64,000 nt of DNA from an uncultured Desulfosarcina sp. (GCA_963674945.2 CAXXWQ010000004.1:736001-800000); one strand, 5' to 3'; positions 1 through 10,764 are shown, counted from the stretch's first letter. The notes: generated by a model not told the origin, from the sequence alone. Numbers and translations are program-made.

Positions 1-1112
1 GAAAGGTAGACCGTGCGACCGTGTCCCCCGACGATGTCGCCTATTTGACATATACTTCGGGAACCACCGGCCCGCCCAAAGGGGCCATGAACACCCATGC
101 CAATATCACCTTCAACGCCCGTGTGTACCAGGCCATGCAGCGCATCGACGACAAGGATGTCGTTCTCGGCGTTGCCCCCTTGTTTCATGTGACCGGAGAG
201 GTGGCCCATCTGGCCATCGCTGCACTCGCTGGGATCCCGGTGGTTCTTTATTACCGATTCGATCCGGCGGAGACCCTCCGGTTGATCGAGCGCTGGAAGG
301 TCACCATGACTGTTGCCTCCATCACCGTATTTATCTCGCTGATGAATCATCCGGATATCAAAAAGAGAGACCTCTCTTCTCTTGTGAAAGCTTACAGCGG
401 CGGTGCCCCGGTTTCCGAAGCCACGGTGAACCAGTTCAAGGACCTGACCGGACTTTACATCCACAATGTCTATGGCATGACCGAGACCAATTCCCCCTCC
501 CATATCGTCCCGCTGGGACAAAAAGCTCCCGTGGATCCGCAAAGCGGCGCCCTTTCCGTGGGCATTCCCGTGCCCGGTTGCGTCACCAGGATTATGGATG
601 TGGATAATGGGATCGAGGAGATGCCCGTGGGAGAGGCGGGAGAGATCGTGGACACCGGGCCCAACATCACGCCGGGGTACTGGCAAAAACCCAAAGAGAC
701 GGAGCATGCCATCCGCAACGGCTGGCTCTATACCGGTGATGTCGGCGTAATGGACGAAAACGGCTGGTTTTACGTCGTCGATCGCAAGAAAGACATGATC
801 GTGGCTTCCGGTTACAAGGTGTGGCCGCGGGATGTCGAAGACGTCATCTTCCAGCACCCGGCGGTGAAGGAGACGGCGGTGGTGGGCGTACCGGACCAGT
901 ACCGGGGCGAAACCGTGAAGGCTTTCGTGGCGCTCAAGGACGACATGGAAGGAAGGGTCACGCCGGAAGAGATCATCGCTTTCTGTAAAGAGCGCATGGC
1001 CGCCTACAAGTATCCCCGCCAGGTCGAGTTCGTGCCGGAAATCCCCAAAACCCTTACCGGCAAGTTTCTGCGGCGCAGTCTGCGGGATCAAGATAAACCG
1101 GAAAAAAAATAG
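1..1112 (+). CDS. Acyl-CoA synthetase / long-chain fatty acid-CoA ligase family, 5'-truncated by the window edge
   Basis: AMP-binding motifs YTSGTTGPPKG, YGMTE, TGD, DRKKD and PKTLTGK. The frame is open back to the window start. Confidence 0.93.
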   Translation, partial: KVDRATVSPDDVAYLTYTSGTTGPPKGAMNTHANITFNARVYQAMQRIDDKDVVLGVAPLFHVTGEVAHLAIAALAGIPVVLYYRFDPAETLRLIERWKVTMTVASITVFISLMNHPDIKKRDLSSLVKAYSGGAPVSEATVNQFKDLTGLYIHNVYGMTETNSPSHIVPLGQKAPVDPQSGALSVGIPVPGCVTRIMDVDNGIEEMPVGEAGEIVDTGPNITPGYWQKPKETEHAIRNGWLYTGDVGVMDENGWFYVVDRKKDMIVASGYKVWPRDVEDVIFQHPAVKETAVVGVPDQYRGETVKAFVALKDDMEGRVTPEEIIAFCKERMAAYKYPRQVEFVPEIPKTLTGKFLRRSLRDQDKPEKK

Positions 1113-1122
1113 TGAGAACACC

Positions 1123-2571
1123 ATGAAACTGAAAACCGCCGAAGATTACATAGATAGCCTGCGTGCGCTTCACACAAAGATCTACTACAGAGGCAAGCGC
1201 ATCGAGGATGTCACCCGACATCCCGCAACCGCCCCCCACGTTCGTGCGGCCGCCATGACATACGCCGTTGCCAACAACGAAGAGCATCGCGATCTGGCCA
1301 CGGCCACATCGCATCTTTCGGGAAAACCCATCAGCCGGTTTTCCCACGTGCATCAAAACGTCGAGGATCTGATCAAGAAGGTCAAACTGCTTCGCGTTCT
1401 CGGCCAGATGACCGGAACCTGCTTTCAAAGATGCGTCGGCCTTGACGGCATCAACGCAACCTATTCCGTCGCCTTTGAAATCGACCAGAAGCATGGTACC
1501 GACTATCTAGAACGTTTTAAAAAGTGGCTGACATATATCCAGGATGAGAATCTGATGGTGGTTGGCGCCATGACCGATCCCAAGGGAGATCGTTCCAAAA
1601 GCCCGGTGGATCAGCCTGATCCGGACCAGTATGTTCGTGTGGTAAGGCGGGAAAAAGACGGCGTCGTCATCCGCGGAGCGAAAATTCACATGACCGGCGC
1701 GGTCAACTCCCACGAAATCTTGGTGATGCCGACGACCGCCATGAATGAGAAGTCCAAGGATTATGCCATCACTTGTGCCGTTCCCATCGACGACCCGAAC
1801 ATCACGATGATCTTCGGTCGCCAGGCCAACGACGATCGGCGGGACCATAAGGAGCGCATCGATTTTGGCAACCTCTCCTTCGGTGCCGTGGGGGGAGAAG
1901 CGATGATCGTTTTCGACGATGTCTTCGTGCCCACGGAAAGGATCTTCATGGATGGGGAGACGGAATTCGCAGGACTCCTGGTTTATAGGTTCGCGGCGCA
2001 CCATCGTGCCAATTACGGTGCCTGCAAGACCGGGCTGATGGACGTGCTCACCGGCGCGGTGAGTTATCTGACGCTGATGCAGGGTACGAACAAGGCCTCT
2101 CACGTCAAAGACAAGATTACGGAGATGATCCATCTGAGCGAGACATTGTACAGTTCGTCCGTTGCCTGTTCGGCCGAAGGATCTCCCACCCCATCGGGCG
2201 CGTATATGGTCGATACCATGCTGGCCAATGTCTGCAAGCAAAATGTCACGCGGTTCCACTTTGAGGTCGCACGTCTCGCCCTGGACCTGGCCGGCGGATT
2301 CATCGCCACCTTGCCCAGCCAGTATGACCTGGAAAGTGAAGATGTCGGCCACCTGGTAAGAAAGTACTTTTCCGGTGTGGAAGGTATTCCCGTGGAACAT
2401 CGGATCAAGGCCGCCAGACTCATCGAATCCATGACCGGCGGCACGGCCCTGGTGGAGTCCATGCATGGCGCCGGATCACCCCAGGCGCAAAGAGTGATGA
2501 TCCTTCGGGAAGGCGATCTGGAGAAAAAGATCAAGCTGGCGAAAGCCATAATGGCGGTTCCCGGTGAGTAG
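1123..2571 (+). CDS. 4-hydroxybutyryl-CoA dehydratase (AbfD)-like FAD/[4Fe-4S] protein, 4-hydroxyphenylacetate 3-hydroxylase family
   Basis: TGTCFQRCVG, AMTDPKGDRS, HRANYGACK and ESMHGAGSP motifs keep the 3Cys+His cluster ligands typical of AbfD. Substrate uncertain. Confidence 0.88.
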   Translation: MKLKTAEDYIDSLRALHTKIYYRGKRIEDVTRHPATAPHVRAAAMTYAVANNEEHRDLATATSHLSGKPISRFSHVHQNVEDLIKKVKLLRVLGQMTGTCFQRCVGLDGINATYSVAFEIDQKHGTDYLERFKKWLTYIQDENLMVVGAMTDPKGDRSKSPVDQPDPDQYVRVVRREKDGVVIRGAKIHMTGAVNSHEILVMPTTAMNEKSKDYAITCAVPIDDPNITMIFGRQANDDRRDHKERIDFGNLSFGAVGGEAMIVFDDVFVPTERIFMDGETEFAGLLVYRFAAHHRANYGACKTGLMDVLTGAVSYLTLMQGTNKASHVKDKITEMIHLSETLYSSSVACSAEGSPTPSGAYMVDTMLANVCKQNVTRFHFEVARLALDLAGGFIATLPSQYDLESEDVGHLVRKYFSGVEGIPVEHRIKAARLIESMTGGTALVESMHGAGSPQAQRVMILREGDLEKKIKLAKAIMAVPGE

Positions 2572-2672
2572 ATGTTCTGAGAATTTACGCGGCATTCACT
2601 GCAAATACGGATGCGCTGCAAGATATCAACCGTCTGTACAATCAAACAAGGGTAAAGGATTATACAAAGATC

Positions 2673-4340
2673 ATGACGAACAACTGGCATTCAACCTATG
2701 ATGTTGTTGTAGTGGGAACGGGTGCAAGCGCTCTTTCCGGTGCGATCACCGCTGAATACAACGGTATGAAAACATTGGTAATCGAGAAGCTGGACAAATG
2801 GGGCGGTTCAAGCGCCTATTCCGGAGGAGGACTATGGATACCGAATAATTTCCTCATGCAGGAAAACGGGTATCTGGATTCGACCGAAGAAGCCTTGCAA
2901 TACATGGAGGCGGTTATCGAAGATGTCGGACCGGCCAGTTCAAGGGTAAGAAAAGAAGCCTACCTCAAATACGCGCCGGAGATGGCATTGTTTCTGAAAG
3001 ACCTGGGCTTTCAATGGGTACAGGCGCCATTTTACGCAGATTATTATCCGCTTGTTCCTGGCGCCAAGAACGGCAGGTGCATAGAGGGGGATTTTTTTAA
3101 TGGGAAAAAACTGGGAAAACTGAGAAAATCCCTAACGAGTATCCCGGGAATGCCGGATGTTGCAATCCACTGCGGTGATGCGTATCTGTTGCCTCTTGTG
3201 ACACAAACCTGGAAAGGTTTCAAGCGTACAATAAAAATATTTGGAAAAACGATTGCGTGGACGCTAACCGGAAGGCAACCGCTCGCCATCGGAAAAAGTC
3301 TCGTGGGCCAGCTCATGTATATTTTGCAAACAAAATATAGCACTCCGGTATGGCTGGAAAGTCCTTTAAAAGAAATCATCATGGAAGATGGTCGCGCCGT
3401 CGGCATTGTCGTGGAAAAAGAAGGAACATCAGTAAAGGTTCAGGCCAAAAAGGGTGTCCTGCTGGGAGCCGGCGGTTTCGCTCAGGGTGGTGAATACAGA
3501 CGCAAATACCAGCCCATCGGATCGGACTGGACTTCCGCCTCCCCCGGAAATACCGGTGATGCCATTCAGGCCGGTGAAAGAGTCGGGGGAGCGTTGGCGA
3601 TGATGGAAGAAGCCTGGTGGGGGGGGGCTTACATCTTGGATGGCAAAATAACCTTTTCCGTGCATGAACGCTCATTTCCCGGCTGTATGCTCGTGGACCA
3701 TTCCGGTTTTCGATATGTGAACGAATCCTGCTCTTATGTTGATTTTGGCCGCGCAATGCTGGATCGGGAAGCAGAAGTGGGCGGCGCCATCCCCTCATGG
3801 CTGATTATGGATGGGAAATACCGAAAAAAATATTTATTCGGTATGTTGCCGCCGGGCATGACCCCGAAAAAATATCTCAAAGACGGTACAATAATAAAGG
3901 CGAAATCCATTGAAGAACTTGCCGAAAAATGCGGGATTCACAAAGAAAATCTGCAAAACACGGTGAAACGATTCAATAGTTTCGCATACCAAGGCATTGA
4001 TGACGATTTTGGCAGGGGCACGAGTATTTATGACCGGTATTATGGCGACCCCGGGGTTTTCCCCAACAACAATTTAGCGCCAATTCAAAACGCCCCCTTT
4101 TACGCAATTAAATTCTATCCCGGAGATTTGGGAACCAAGGGGGGGCTGCTGACCGATGAATATGGCAGGGTATTGCGTGAAGACGGCTCCGTAATTAAAG
4201 GATTGTATGCATCGGGTAATAATACGGCTTCCGTAATGGGAAAGACGTACCCGGGCGCAGGATCCACACTTGGGCCGGCCTGCACCTTTTCATATATTGG
4301 AATGAATCATCTTGCCGAAGAAAATAATGAAATTAAATGA
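2673..4340 (+). CDS. FAD-dependent 3-ketosteroid-Delta1-dehydrogenase (KstD)-like flavoprotein
   Basis: DVVVVGTG, GGSSAYSGGGLWIPNN, NESCSYVDF, GDLGTKGG and YPGAGSTLG match the KstD pattern, including the Tyr positions. Confidence 0.82.
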   Translation: MTNNWHSTYDVVVVGTGASALSGAITAEYNGMKTLVIEKLDKWGGSSAYSGGGLWIPNNFLMQENGYLDSTEEALQYMEAVIEDVGPASSRVRKEAYLKYAPEMALFLKDLGFQWVQAPFYADYYPLVPGAKNGRCIEGDFFNGKKLGKLRKSLTSIPGMPDVAIHCGDAYLLPLVTQTWKGFKRTIKIFGKTIAWTLTGRQPLAIGKSLVGQLMYILQTKYSTPVWLESPLKEIIMEDGRAVGIVVEKEGTSVKVQAKKGVLLGAGGFAQGGEYRRKYQPIGSDWTSASPGNTGDAIQAGERVGGALAMMEEAWWGGAYILDGKITFSVHERSFPGCMLVDHSGFRYVNESCSYVDFGRAMLDREAEVGGAIPSWLIMDGKYRKKYLFGMLPPGMTPKKYLKDGTIIKAKSIEELAEKCGIHKENLQNTVKRFNSFAYQGIDDDFGRGTSIYDRYYGDPGVFPNNNLAPIQNAPFYAIKFYPGDLGTKGGLLTDEYGRVLREDGSVIKGLYASGNNTASVMGKTYPGAGSTLGPACTFSYIGMNHLAEENNEIK

Positions 4341-5493
4341 ACCCATCACGATCCGCAACATGCGGCTCAATCGTCGTGTGATTATGCCTGCCATGGGCAA
4401 TTTTGCCCATTTTCTCGGACTTGAAGGCCCGACGGAGGCGATCATCGACTTCTATGCAAAACGCGCCGAAGGTGGCGTCGGTGCCATCATTGTGGGTGCC
4501 TTGCCACCTTCCGCTTTCATTGCTGATGAGGATTTGAATCAAACGATCCCTCCTCTTTCACGCATGGAGGCGCTGGGAAACCTTGCCACGAAACTGCATG
4601 CATATGGGACCAGAGTCGGTGTACAGCTGTTTCACACAAACATGTATCCCTCGGGCACGACCCATTCGCCGGTTCCTCAAGAGTGGGTGGCCCCATCACC
4701 ACGAGTGGAAGATCATATTCCCTATCAGCCCATGGGGCAAAAAATGCGTCAGCTGACCATCGCGGAGATTCAGGCAATCATCGGCAGGTTTGCCTCGGCG
4801 GCGCGCCAGATTAAAAATTCCGGGGTCGATTTCGTGGAATTTCATCAGTCCCACGGCCACCTTCCATATCAGTTCTTCACTCCCCTTGAAAATCGACGGG
4901 ATGATCGTTACGGCAGCGGATCGGCCGGCAGGATGGCATTTGGCCTGGAATGCGTCGCGGCCATGAGAAATGCCGTGGGAAATGATTATCCCATCTTTGT
5001 CAGATTGGGTGCCTTCGATGAAGCCCCTCGGGGAATCACCCCGGCGGATGCAGCGGATTATGCCGCTGCGCTGGAAAAGATCTCGACGGATTGTATCAAT
5101 GTCTCGGTCGGGATCGGGAGCGCGACAGACTATGCCAGTTATGCCTCTCCGGTAAAAAAGTCTCCCATGGGTACGTATGCGCATCTGGCAGAGGCGATAA
5201 AGCGCAAGGTCACTATACCGGTTGTGGCAGTGGGACGTATCAACACGCCGGAGATCGCCGAAGACCTGCTGAACAAAAAACAGGCTGATTTGGTTGCCAT
5301 TGCCCGGCAACTCATCTGCGATCCTTCGTGGGTGAACAAAGCCATCGAGAACCGATCCGATGAAATTATTCCCTGTAATTCCTGCAATACGTACTGTTGG
5401 TGCCGAGGCAGTCAGAAGAAACCCGCTACGCACTGTTGCGTCGTGACGAAACGATCCGGAGAGGAATGGGAAAGATTCTTTTCCCATTCATAA
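4327..5493 (+). CDS. NADH:flavin oxidoreductase (old yellow enzyme) TIM barrel with CxxCxxxC Fe-S motif
   Basis: MPAM, EFHQSHG, NRRDDRYG, VAVGRI, ARQLICDP and CNSCNTYC motifs. Likely ATG at 4327 overlaps the upstream stop. No C-terminal FAD domain. Confidence 0.88.
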   Translation: MKLNEPITIRNMRLNRRVIMPAMGNFAHFLGLEGPTEAIIDFYAKRAEGGVGAIIVGALPPSAFIADEDLNQTIPPLSRMEALGNLATKLHAYGTRVGVQLFHTNMYPSGTTHSPVPQEWVAPSPRVEDHIPYQPMGQKMRQLTIAEIQAIIGRFASAARQIKNSGVDFVEFHQSHGHLPYQFFTPLENRRDDRYGSGSAGRMAFGLECVAAMRNAVGNDYPIFVRLGAFDEAPRGITPADAADYAAALEKISTDCINVSVGIGSATDYASYASPVKKSPMGTYAHLAEAIKRKVTIPVVAVGRINTPEIAEDLLNKKQADLVAIARQLICDPSWVNKAIENRSDEIIPCNSCNTYCWCRGSQKKPATHCCVVTKRSGEEWERFFSHS

Positions 5494-5694
5494 ATAGTTG
5501 GCTGAGGAGTCGGGGATTTTTCTTTTCAATGATTCGCCATAGCCGACCGAGTGTTTTCAGTATCAACGCTGACCGTTCCCTGGCACACCCATTTCATTTA
5601 AGGTAAGCTTTTCCGACCTCCTCGAACAAAGCCGGCGAATCAGTCGGCATCGTCTTCAAAATCGTCAGAATCGAGCAAATCCCTCCTCATAACG

Positions 5695-5710
5695 GTGACA
5701 CTTTTGTCAC
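5695..5710. promoter_or_regulatory. Palindromic operator candidate GTGACA-N4-TGTCAC upstream of GRE1
   Basis: Inverted repeat in the intergenic region. The spacing resembles Rex-type GTGA-N8-TCAC sites (inference). Confidence 0.35.
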
Positions 5711-5991
5711 AGTGGCCTGGGCCTGGCACAGCTTCATGGACGGCTTGCAGATCCTAATAGTGACCATAACGCAACTTTCGTAATTCATCCCAAACGGAGC
5801 CGGCAGGAATCCCGAAAGTCGGGTTATAAGTAAAGGATTCCAAGTCTTTTTATTGATAAACATATCTTATTTTACCTAAATAGGCATTTATTGTAAATTT
5901 TTTGTTCCTTTTTGCTTTACATTTCTTGCTTACTGCATTAGATTGTAATCGTAAACATAAAATGACAAACCGTAAAATAAGGGAGAAAAAA

Positions 5992-8547
5992 ATGACAGCC
6001 ACGGCAAAACAAGCAAAAACCCAGGAACCCCCGGTCATAAAGGGAAAAATCAACATCGAGGCGATCAACAAGACCAACCCGTTACCCGATAGAATCAAGG
6101 CGATGCGGGATCGGTACCTGAAGGAAATATCCAAGGTATCCAGCGACAGACCGTGGTACATGATGCAGTCCTGGAAGAAGACGGAAGGTGAACACCCCGC
6201 AGTCCGGAGGGCAAAGGCGCTGGCCAATTTCTGGGATAAAAAGGCCATAGCGGTTCACGATCTTGATCTCATCATGGGCAATTATACCGACGCCGTCCGT
6301 GGCGCCCATCCACCGATGGAGTATTACCCGGAAATGATGAGGCGTCTGTTGGAGACGAACGAGGCGAACTGGACCAACTCCCAGCAGTGCCGGGCGGATC
6401 TGTCCAAGGAAGACTTCGACAAACTGTTGGAGTGCGCCAAATTCTGGGAGGTCAACTGGCCCACGCCGGAAATGCGGGAACGCTGGGATAAGGTGATTGC
6501 CGAAAATGATCCCAACGACTATCACCGCGACTTGATGTACACCGGGATAAACTGGGCGCCCGAGTATATGCCCAGGGAAAAACGAACCAAGAAAACGCCG
6601 TGGGTGTCCCGCCCCCAAGCCACCGGCGCGGATTTCGAGAAGGCACTGAAGGTGGGTTACAGGAGCTTGATCAATAATGCCCAAAACCATATCGACAGAA
6701 TCCAGGAGATCGCCAGAGGTCGGAATCTCACCGAAGAAGAGAAAGAGAAGCTGGCGGTCTTAGAGTCGATCGTCATTGCCCTCGAGGGGATGATACGCTA
6801 CGCCAGGCGGTATGCCGCCATGGCCGAAGAGAAAGCGGCAAAAGAGAAGGATCCCCAGAGAAAGGCGGAGCTGTTGAAGGCGGCGGAGGCCTGCAGGTAC
6901 GTACCGGAAAATCCGGCCAGGACCTTCTTTGAAGCCATTCACACGTTCTGGTTCACGGCGCTGGGCGTTTATATGGACAAAGCCCAACCCAATGTGTTCG
7001 CAGGCCGATTCGACCAGTACATGTATCCGTACTATGAAGCCGATATCAATGAAGGGCGCATGACCCGGCAGGAGGCCGTGGAGCTTTTCGGCTGCCTGAT
7101 CATGAAACTGTGTGCGCTGGAACCCTACATGACACCGGAACACCGGGCGGTATCACAGGGCACCAACTACGAGAACATCACCATCGGCGGATGCGATAAA
7201 TATGGTAAGGATGCATCCAATGAGCTGGCGTGCATCGTTCTGCATGTGGCCGCAGAAACCAAGACCCACCAGCCCTATATCTCCCTGCGCTACGATCGAA
7301 AAATAGCCCCCGAGCTGTTGGACAAGGCACTCGAATGCAACCGTAAGCACGGGGCCGGAATTCCCGCCTTTTTCAGCGATCGTGTGAACATCGAGTATAT
7401 GTTGAGCCGGGGCCATACGTTGGAGCACGCCCGGGAGCATGCCATTGCCGGATGTGTGAACTGCGTGTACCCGAAGAGCTTCGCCTGGATGCGAATGCCC
7501 ATTACCACCAACAACGAGGCAAAGATGCTGGAGGTATTTTTGCACAGGGGCGTCGATACCCGTACCGGTCTCACGGTCGGAAACGACTACGGGGACATGA
7601 AGGATTTCAAGACATTCGACGAACTCAAGGAAGCCTATAAAAAAGAGGTGGCCTATTTTATCAATGTTCAGACCGATATGACGGAAGTCTGGGACAGAGA
7701 GACCAACTATACGCACGATGCCTGGTTCTGGCCGTTTATATCGGCGAATATGGAGGGCTGTATCGAAAGTGGCAAGGATATCGGCAGGCTGGGCGGCGTG
7801 ACGGCCATAGACGATGCCAACTACGGCCTCGATCGCTTCGTTCAGGATGCGGGCGATTCGCTCATGGCCATCAAGAAGCTTGTCTATGAGCAGAAAAAGT
7901 ACACCATGGACGACTTTCTTACGGCGATGGATGCCAACTGGGAAGGATACGATCAAATGCGCGCCGACGCACTGGCGCAGCCGAAATATGGAAATGATAT
8001 TGACGAGATCGACGATTTGGTCGCTGAGCTGTGGGGCCATATCACCGATGTTTACATGGCCAGAGAGGATATTTTCGGCAGGAAATATATCATCTACCGT
8101 CAGGGTTCATCCGTGGCCGCCTCCGCCGGCAAATGGACCGGAGCGCTCCCCAATGGCCGCAAGGCAGGCGAATGGCTCTCGGACGCGTCGCTGTCCCCGG
8201 TGCAGCAGGCAGACCAGAAGGGGCCCACGGCCGTCATCAACTCGGTGACCAAGCTCGATTTCAGGCACATGGACGGCACGCTTTTGAACATGAAGCTCTG
8301 CCCGAGCCTGGTGGACAAGCCCGGCGGAATGATGAAGTTCCGGCAATTGGTGGAAACTTACTTCGACAAGGGCGGTCAGGAGGTTCAGTTCAATATCCTG
8401 GACAAGGAAAAGCTGCTGGATGCTCAGAAAAGACCGGAGAATTACCGTGATCTGGTGGTTCGGGTTGCCGGCTACAGCGCATTCTGGGTGGACCTGGAAA
8501 CCCAGGTGCAAGATGAGATCATCCGGCGAACCGAGCACGCCATGTAA
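5992..8547 (+). CDS. Glycyl radical enzyme (PFL superfamily), paralog 1, function unknown
   Basis: C-terminal RVAGYSA glycyl motif, GRFDQY, and Cys loop AGCVN (GCVN codons at 7450-7461). RBS AAGGGAG precedes ATG 5992. Confidence 0.95.
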   Translation: MTATAKQAKTQEPPVIKGKINIEAINKTNPLPDRIKAMRDRYLKEISKVSSDRPWYMMQSWKKTEGEHPAVRRAKALANFWDKKAIAVHDLDLIMGNYTDAVRGAHPPMEYYPEMMRRLLETNEANWTNSQQCRADLSKEDFDKLLECAKFWEVNWPTPEMRERWDKVIAENDPNDYHRDLMYTGINWAPEYMPREKRTKKTPWVSRPQATGADFEKALKVGYRSLINNAQNHIDRIQEIARGRNLTEEEKEKLAVLESIVIALEGMIRYARRYAAMAEEKAAKEKDPQRKAELLKAAEACRYVPENPARTFFEAIHTFWFTALGVYMDKAQPNVFAGRFDQYMYPYYEADINEGRMTRQEAVELFGCLIMKLCALEPYMTPEHRAVSQGTNYENITIGGCDKYGKDASNELACIVLHVAAETKTHQPYISLRYDRKIAPELLDKALECNRKHGAGIPAFFSDRVNIEYMLSRGHTLEHAREHAIAGCVNCVYPKSFAWMRMPITTNNEAKMLEVFLHRGVDTRTGLTVGNDYGDMKDFKTFDELKEAYKKEVAYFINVQTDMTEVWDRETNYTHDAWFWPFISANMEGCIESGKDIGRLGGVTAIDDANYGLDRFVQDAGDSLMAIKKLVYEQKKYTMDDFLTAMDANWEGYDQMRADALAQPKYGNDIDEIDDLVAELWGHITDVYMAREDIFGRKYIIYRQGSSVAASAGKWTGALPNGRKAGEWLSDASLSPVQQADQKGPTAVINSVTKLDFRHMDGTLLNMKLCPSLVDKPGGMMKFRQLVETYFDKGGQEVQFNILDKEKLLDAQKRPENYRDLVVRVAGYSAFWVDLETQVQDEIIRRTEHAM

Positions 8548-8666
8548 TGCGAGAGGTCGGTTTTTACCGGTGACCTTCACAAGAACCAATCCACGTTAGT
8601 ATCCGCGGGCCGTGCTCTATTCGGAGTGCGGCCCGCATTATATGTATCATTAGAGGATAAGACAAA

Positions 8667-9599
8667 ATGAACAATACAGGCGAAGGTAATGGACTCACGG
8701 GACGAATTTTCAACATCCAGCGCTACAGCACCGAGGACGGACCCGGCATCCGCTCGACCGTCTTTTTGAAGGGATGCCCGCTGACCTGTCTCTGGTGCGC
8801 CAACCCGGAATCGCAAAAGAGTTATCCCCAAGTCGGACACCGCGACGCGCTTTGCAAACAGTGCGGCAATTGTATGGCGGCCTGCACAGAAAAGGCGATT
8901 TCCTTTAACCCCGATGGAAAGGGAATCGTCATCGATCGAAATCTTTGCAATAACTGCGGCGAATGCACCAGAGTCTGCACCGAAGGCGCGTTGACCATGC
9001 ATGGCAAGGATTATACACTGGAAGAGGTCTTCGAGGAGGTGAAACGGGATGAAATGTTCTACCGCAATACCGGCGGGGGGGTCACCTGTTCCGGCGGAGA
9101 GCCTCTGGCGCAACCCGCTTTCGTGGCGGCGCTTTTCGAAAGATGCCGGCAGGTTGGAATCCCCACGGCACTGGATACGACCGGTCACGCATCCCGTTCG
9201 GCACTGGAGCAGGTCCTGGCCTATACGGATTTGTTTTTATTCGATTTGAAGTGCATGGACAGCGCCGACAGCCTTGCGTCCGTAGGGCAGTCCAACGAGC
9301 TCATGCTTGAAAATGCCGAACATGTGATGCAAAGCGGTGTTCCCATCATCATTCGGGTCCCGCTGATCCCCGGAATCACGGAAAAAACGGAAAATCTTCA
9401 GAAAATCGCCGCGTTCGTCAAGCGGGTGAATCCGGAAACGCCCATCAACGTGCTGCCCTATCATCGTCTTGGCGTAAGCAAGTTCCGCATGATGGACATG
9501 ACGTATAAACTGGACGACCTGGGGCCGATTCCACAAGAACGTCTGGATCAGATTGCCGAGATATTTAAATCTTTCAATCTACAATGTGAAGTCGTGTAA
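8667..9599 (+). CDS. Glycyl-radical enzyme activase (radical SAM) with 2x[4Fe-4S] ferredoxin insert
   Basis: DGPGIRSTVFLKGCPLTCLWCANPES, two CxxCxxCxxxC motifs, SGGEP and LPYH. Confidence 0.96.
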   Translation: MNNTGEGNGLTGRIFNIQRYSTEDGPGIRSTVFLKGCPLTCLWCANPESQKSYPQVGHRDALCKQCGNCMAACTEKAISFNPDGKGIVIDRNLCNNCGECTRVCTEGALTMHGKDYTLEEVFEEVKRDEMFYRNTGGGVTCSGGEPLAQPAFVAALFERCRQVGIPTALDTTGHASRSALEQVLAYTDLFLFDLKCMDSADSLASVGQSNELMLENAEHVMQSGVPIIIRVPLIPGITEKTENLQKIAAFVKRVNPETPINVLPYHRLGVSKFRMMDMTYKLDDLGPIPQERLDQIAEIFKSFNLQCEVV

Positions 9600-9620
9600 C
9601 CGGCAGTTGGCAGCTTACAA

Positions 9621-10490
9621 TCAGTACTTTTGCGCCAGTGTGTTCATGAATTTGTCGAGTTCTGCCTCATCCATGCCCCAGCCGTGCTCCTTCTGCGGAT
9701 ATCCGCCGGAACGCACGTCATCGGCGAAAGATTTGTATGCGCCGACGCAGAAGTCGAACAGCTTTCCATACACCTTTGCGTGTTTTCCCATTTTGTCCGG
9801 CGGCATCAAGCCAAAAAGGTCGTAATGTACCAATTCACAGCCATCTGCAGCACCACCGGCCGCAACCGAAATAACGGGAATGTGCAGTTTTTCTGCGATG
9901 GCGTCCGTCACTTCCCGCGGCGTCATTTCGATCGTCATGCCCACCATTCCATTTTCCTGATATTCATATGCCTGCCGGAAAATCGCCATCGCATCTTCCG
10001 CGGTTTTGCCCACACGCCTGTATCCACCATATTGGCCTGTCTGCCATCCGGATAGAATGCCTGCATGACCCCAAACAGGAACATGATTGTCTGATAGGAA
10101 TTTCAGCATGTCATTTTGGATCCCCATTATGAGCACGGAATCGGCCCCGTCTTCAAACAGGGTGACTGCATTTTTATAAGCGGTGTGCTTATCTGGATGC
10201 TGATGGGACATCAAAACGGCGTTAAGGTTAATGTTGGGCGCCAGCTTTCGGATCTCCCTGGTCCACCAGAATATGTTTGCGCCACGCATTCGGGTGTTTT
10301 CCCCTGGTGCGATGTACCGGATTACATCGACGCCTGCGTATTCGCAAAACATGCTGAACAATGGGTCATTGTGAACCGGGCAGATCTGTACGATCTTCTC
10401 ACCTCTTTCCTTCATCTTCTGAAGATGCCATATCGTTTTCCTTCTTGTGTCAAACAACGATCCTTTGATTTCGGTTTCATTTTGTGTCAT
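9621..10490 (-). CDS. Divergent PanB-fold (ketopantoate hydroxymethyltransferase-like) protein, paralog 1
   Basis: PanB-like LQKMKERGEKIV, GHAG, YRRVGKT, IEMTP, AGGAADGCELV and DDVRSGGYP segments. The canonical AYD, LVGDS and KxEG motifs are absent. Confidence 0.8.
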   Translation of the reverse strand: MTQNETEIKGSLFDTRRKTIWHLQKMKERGEKIVQICPVHNDPLFSMFCEYAGVDVIRYIAPGENTRMRGANIFWWTREIRKLAPNINLNAVLMSHQHPDKHTAYKNAVTLFEDGADSVLIMGIQNDMLKFLSDNHVPVWGHAGILSGWQTGQYGGYRRVGKTAEDAMAIFRQAYEYQENGMVGMTIEMTPREVTDAIAEKLHIPVISVAAGGAADGCELVHYDLFGLMPPDKMGKHAKVYGKLFDFCVGAYKSFADDVRSGGYPQKEHGWGMDEAELDKFMNTLAQKY

Positions 10491-10764
10491 TGCGAATCAC
10501 TCCTTTCATATTTAATGACTGCGGTTCATCACCAGGTCATAGCAGATAACCAGAGCATAGACGATATTGCTCTGTTTTTTTGGCCATGTAAAACTTTTAT
10601 CTTGTATCAGGAAGAAATCTCATGAACCAGCGATGAGTGTAGTAATCAAAGATACTTGATTTCTCTAAAGATGGAGACAGTTTGTTTTACAATTTTTTTT
10701 GCAAAGAGAGGGAAGTGAATTATTTGTGGGACCAGCAGCAGCACACGGACGGCAGTATGGCCCA

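Noticed and set aside
1507..2466. Long antisense ORFs (this one, 7153-8040, 16343-17977 and similar)
   Set aside because: They are shadows of GC-rich sense-strand genes, with no motifs or RBS.
5581..5596. Sigma54 promoter for GRE1 (TGGCAC-ACCCA-TTTCA)
   Set aside because: The conserved -12 GC is missing and the site is about 400 bp from the start codon.
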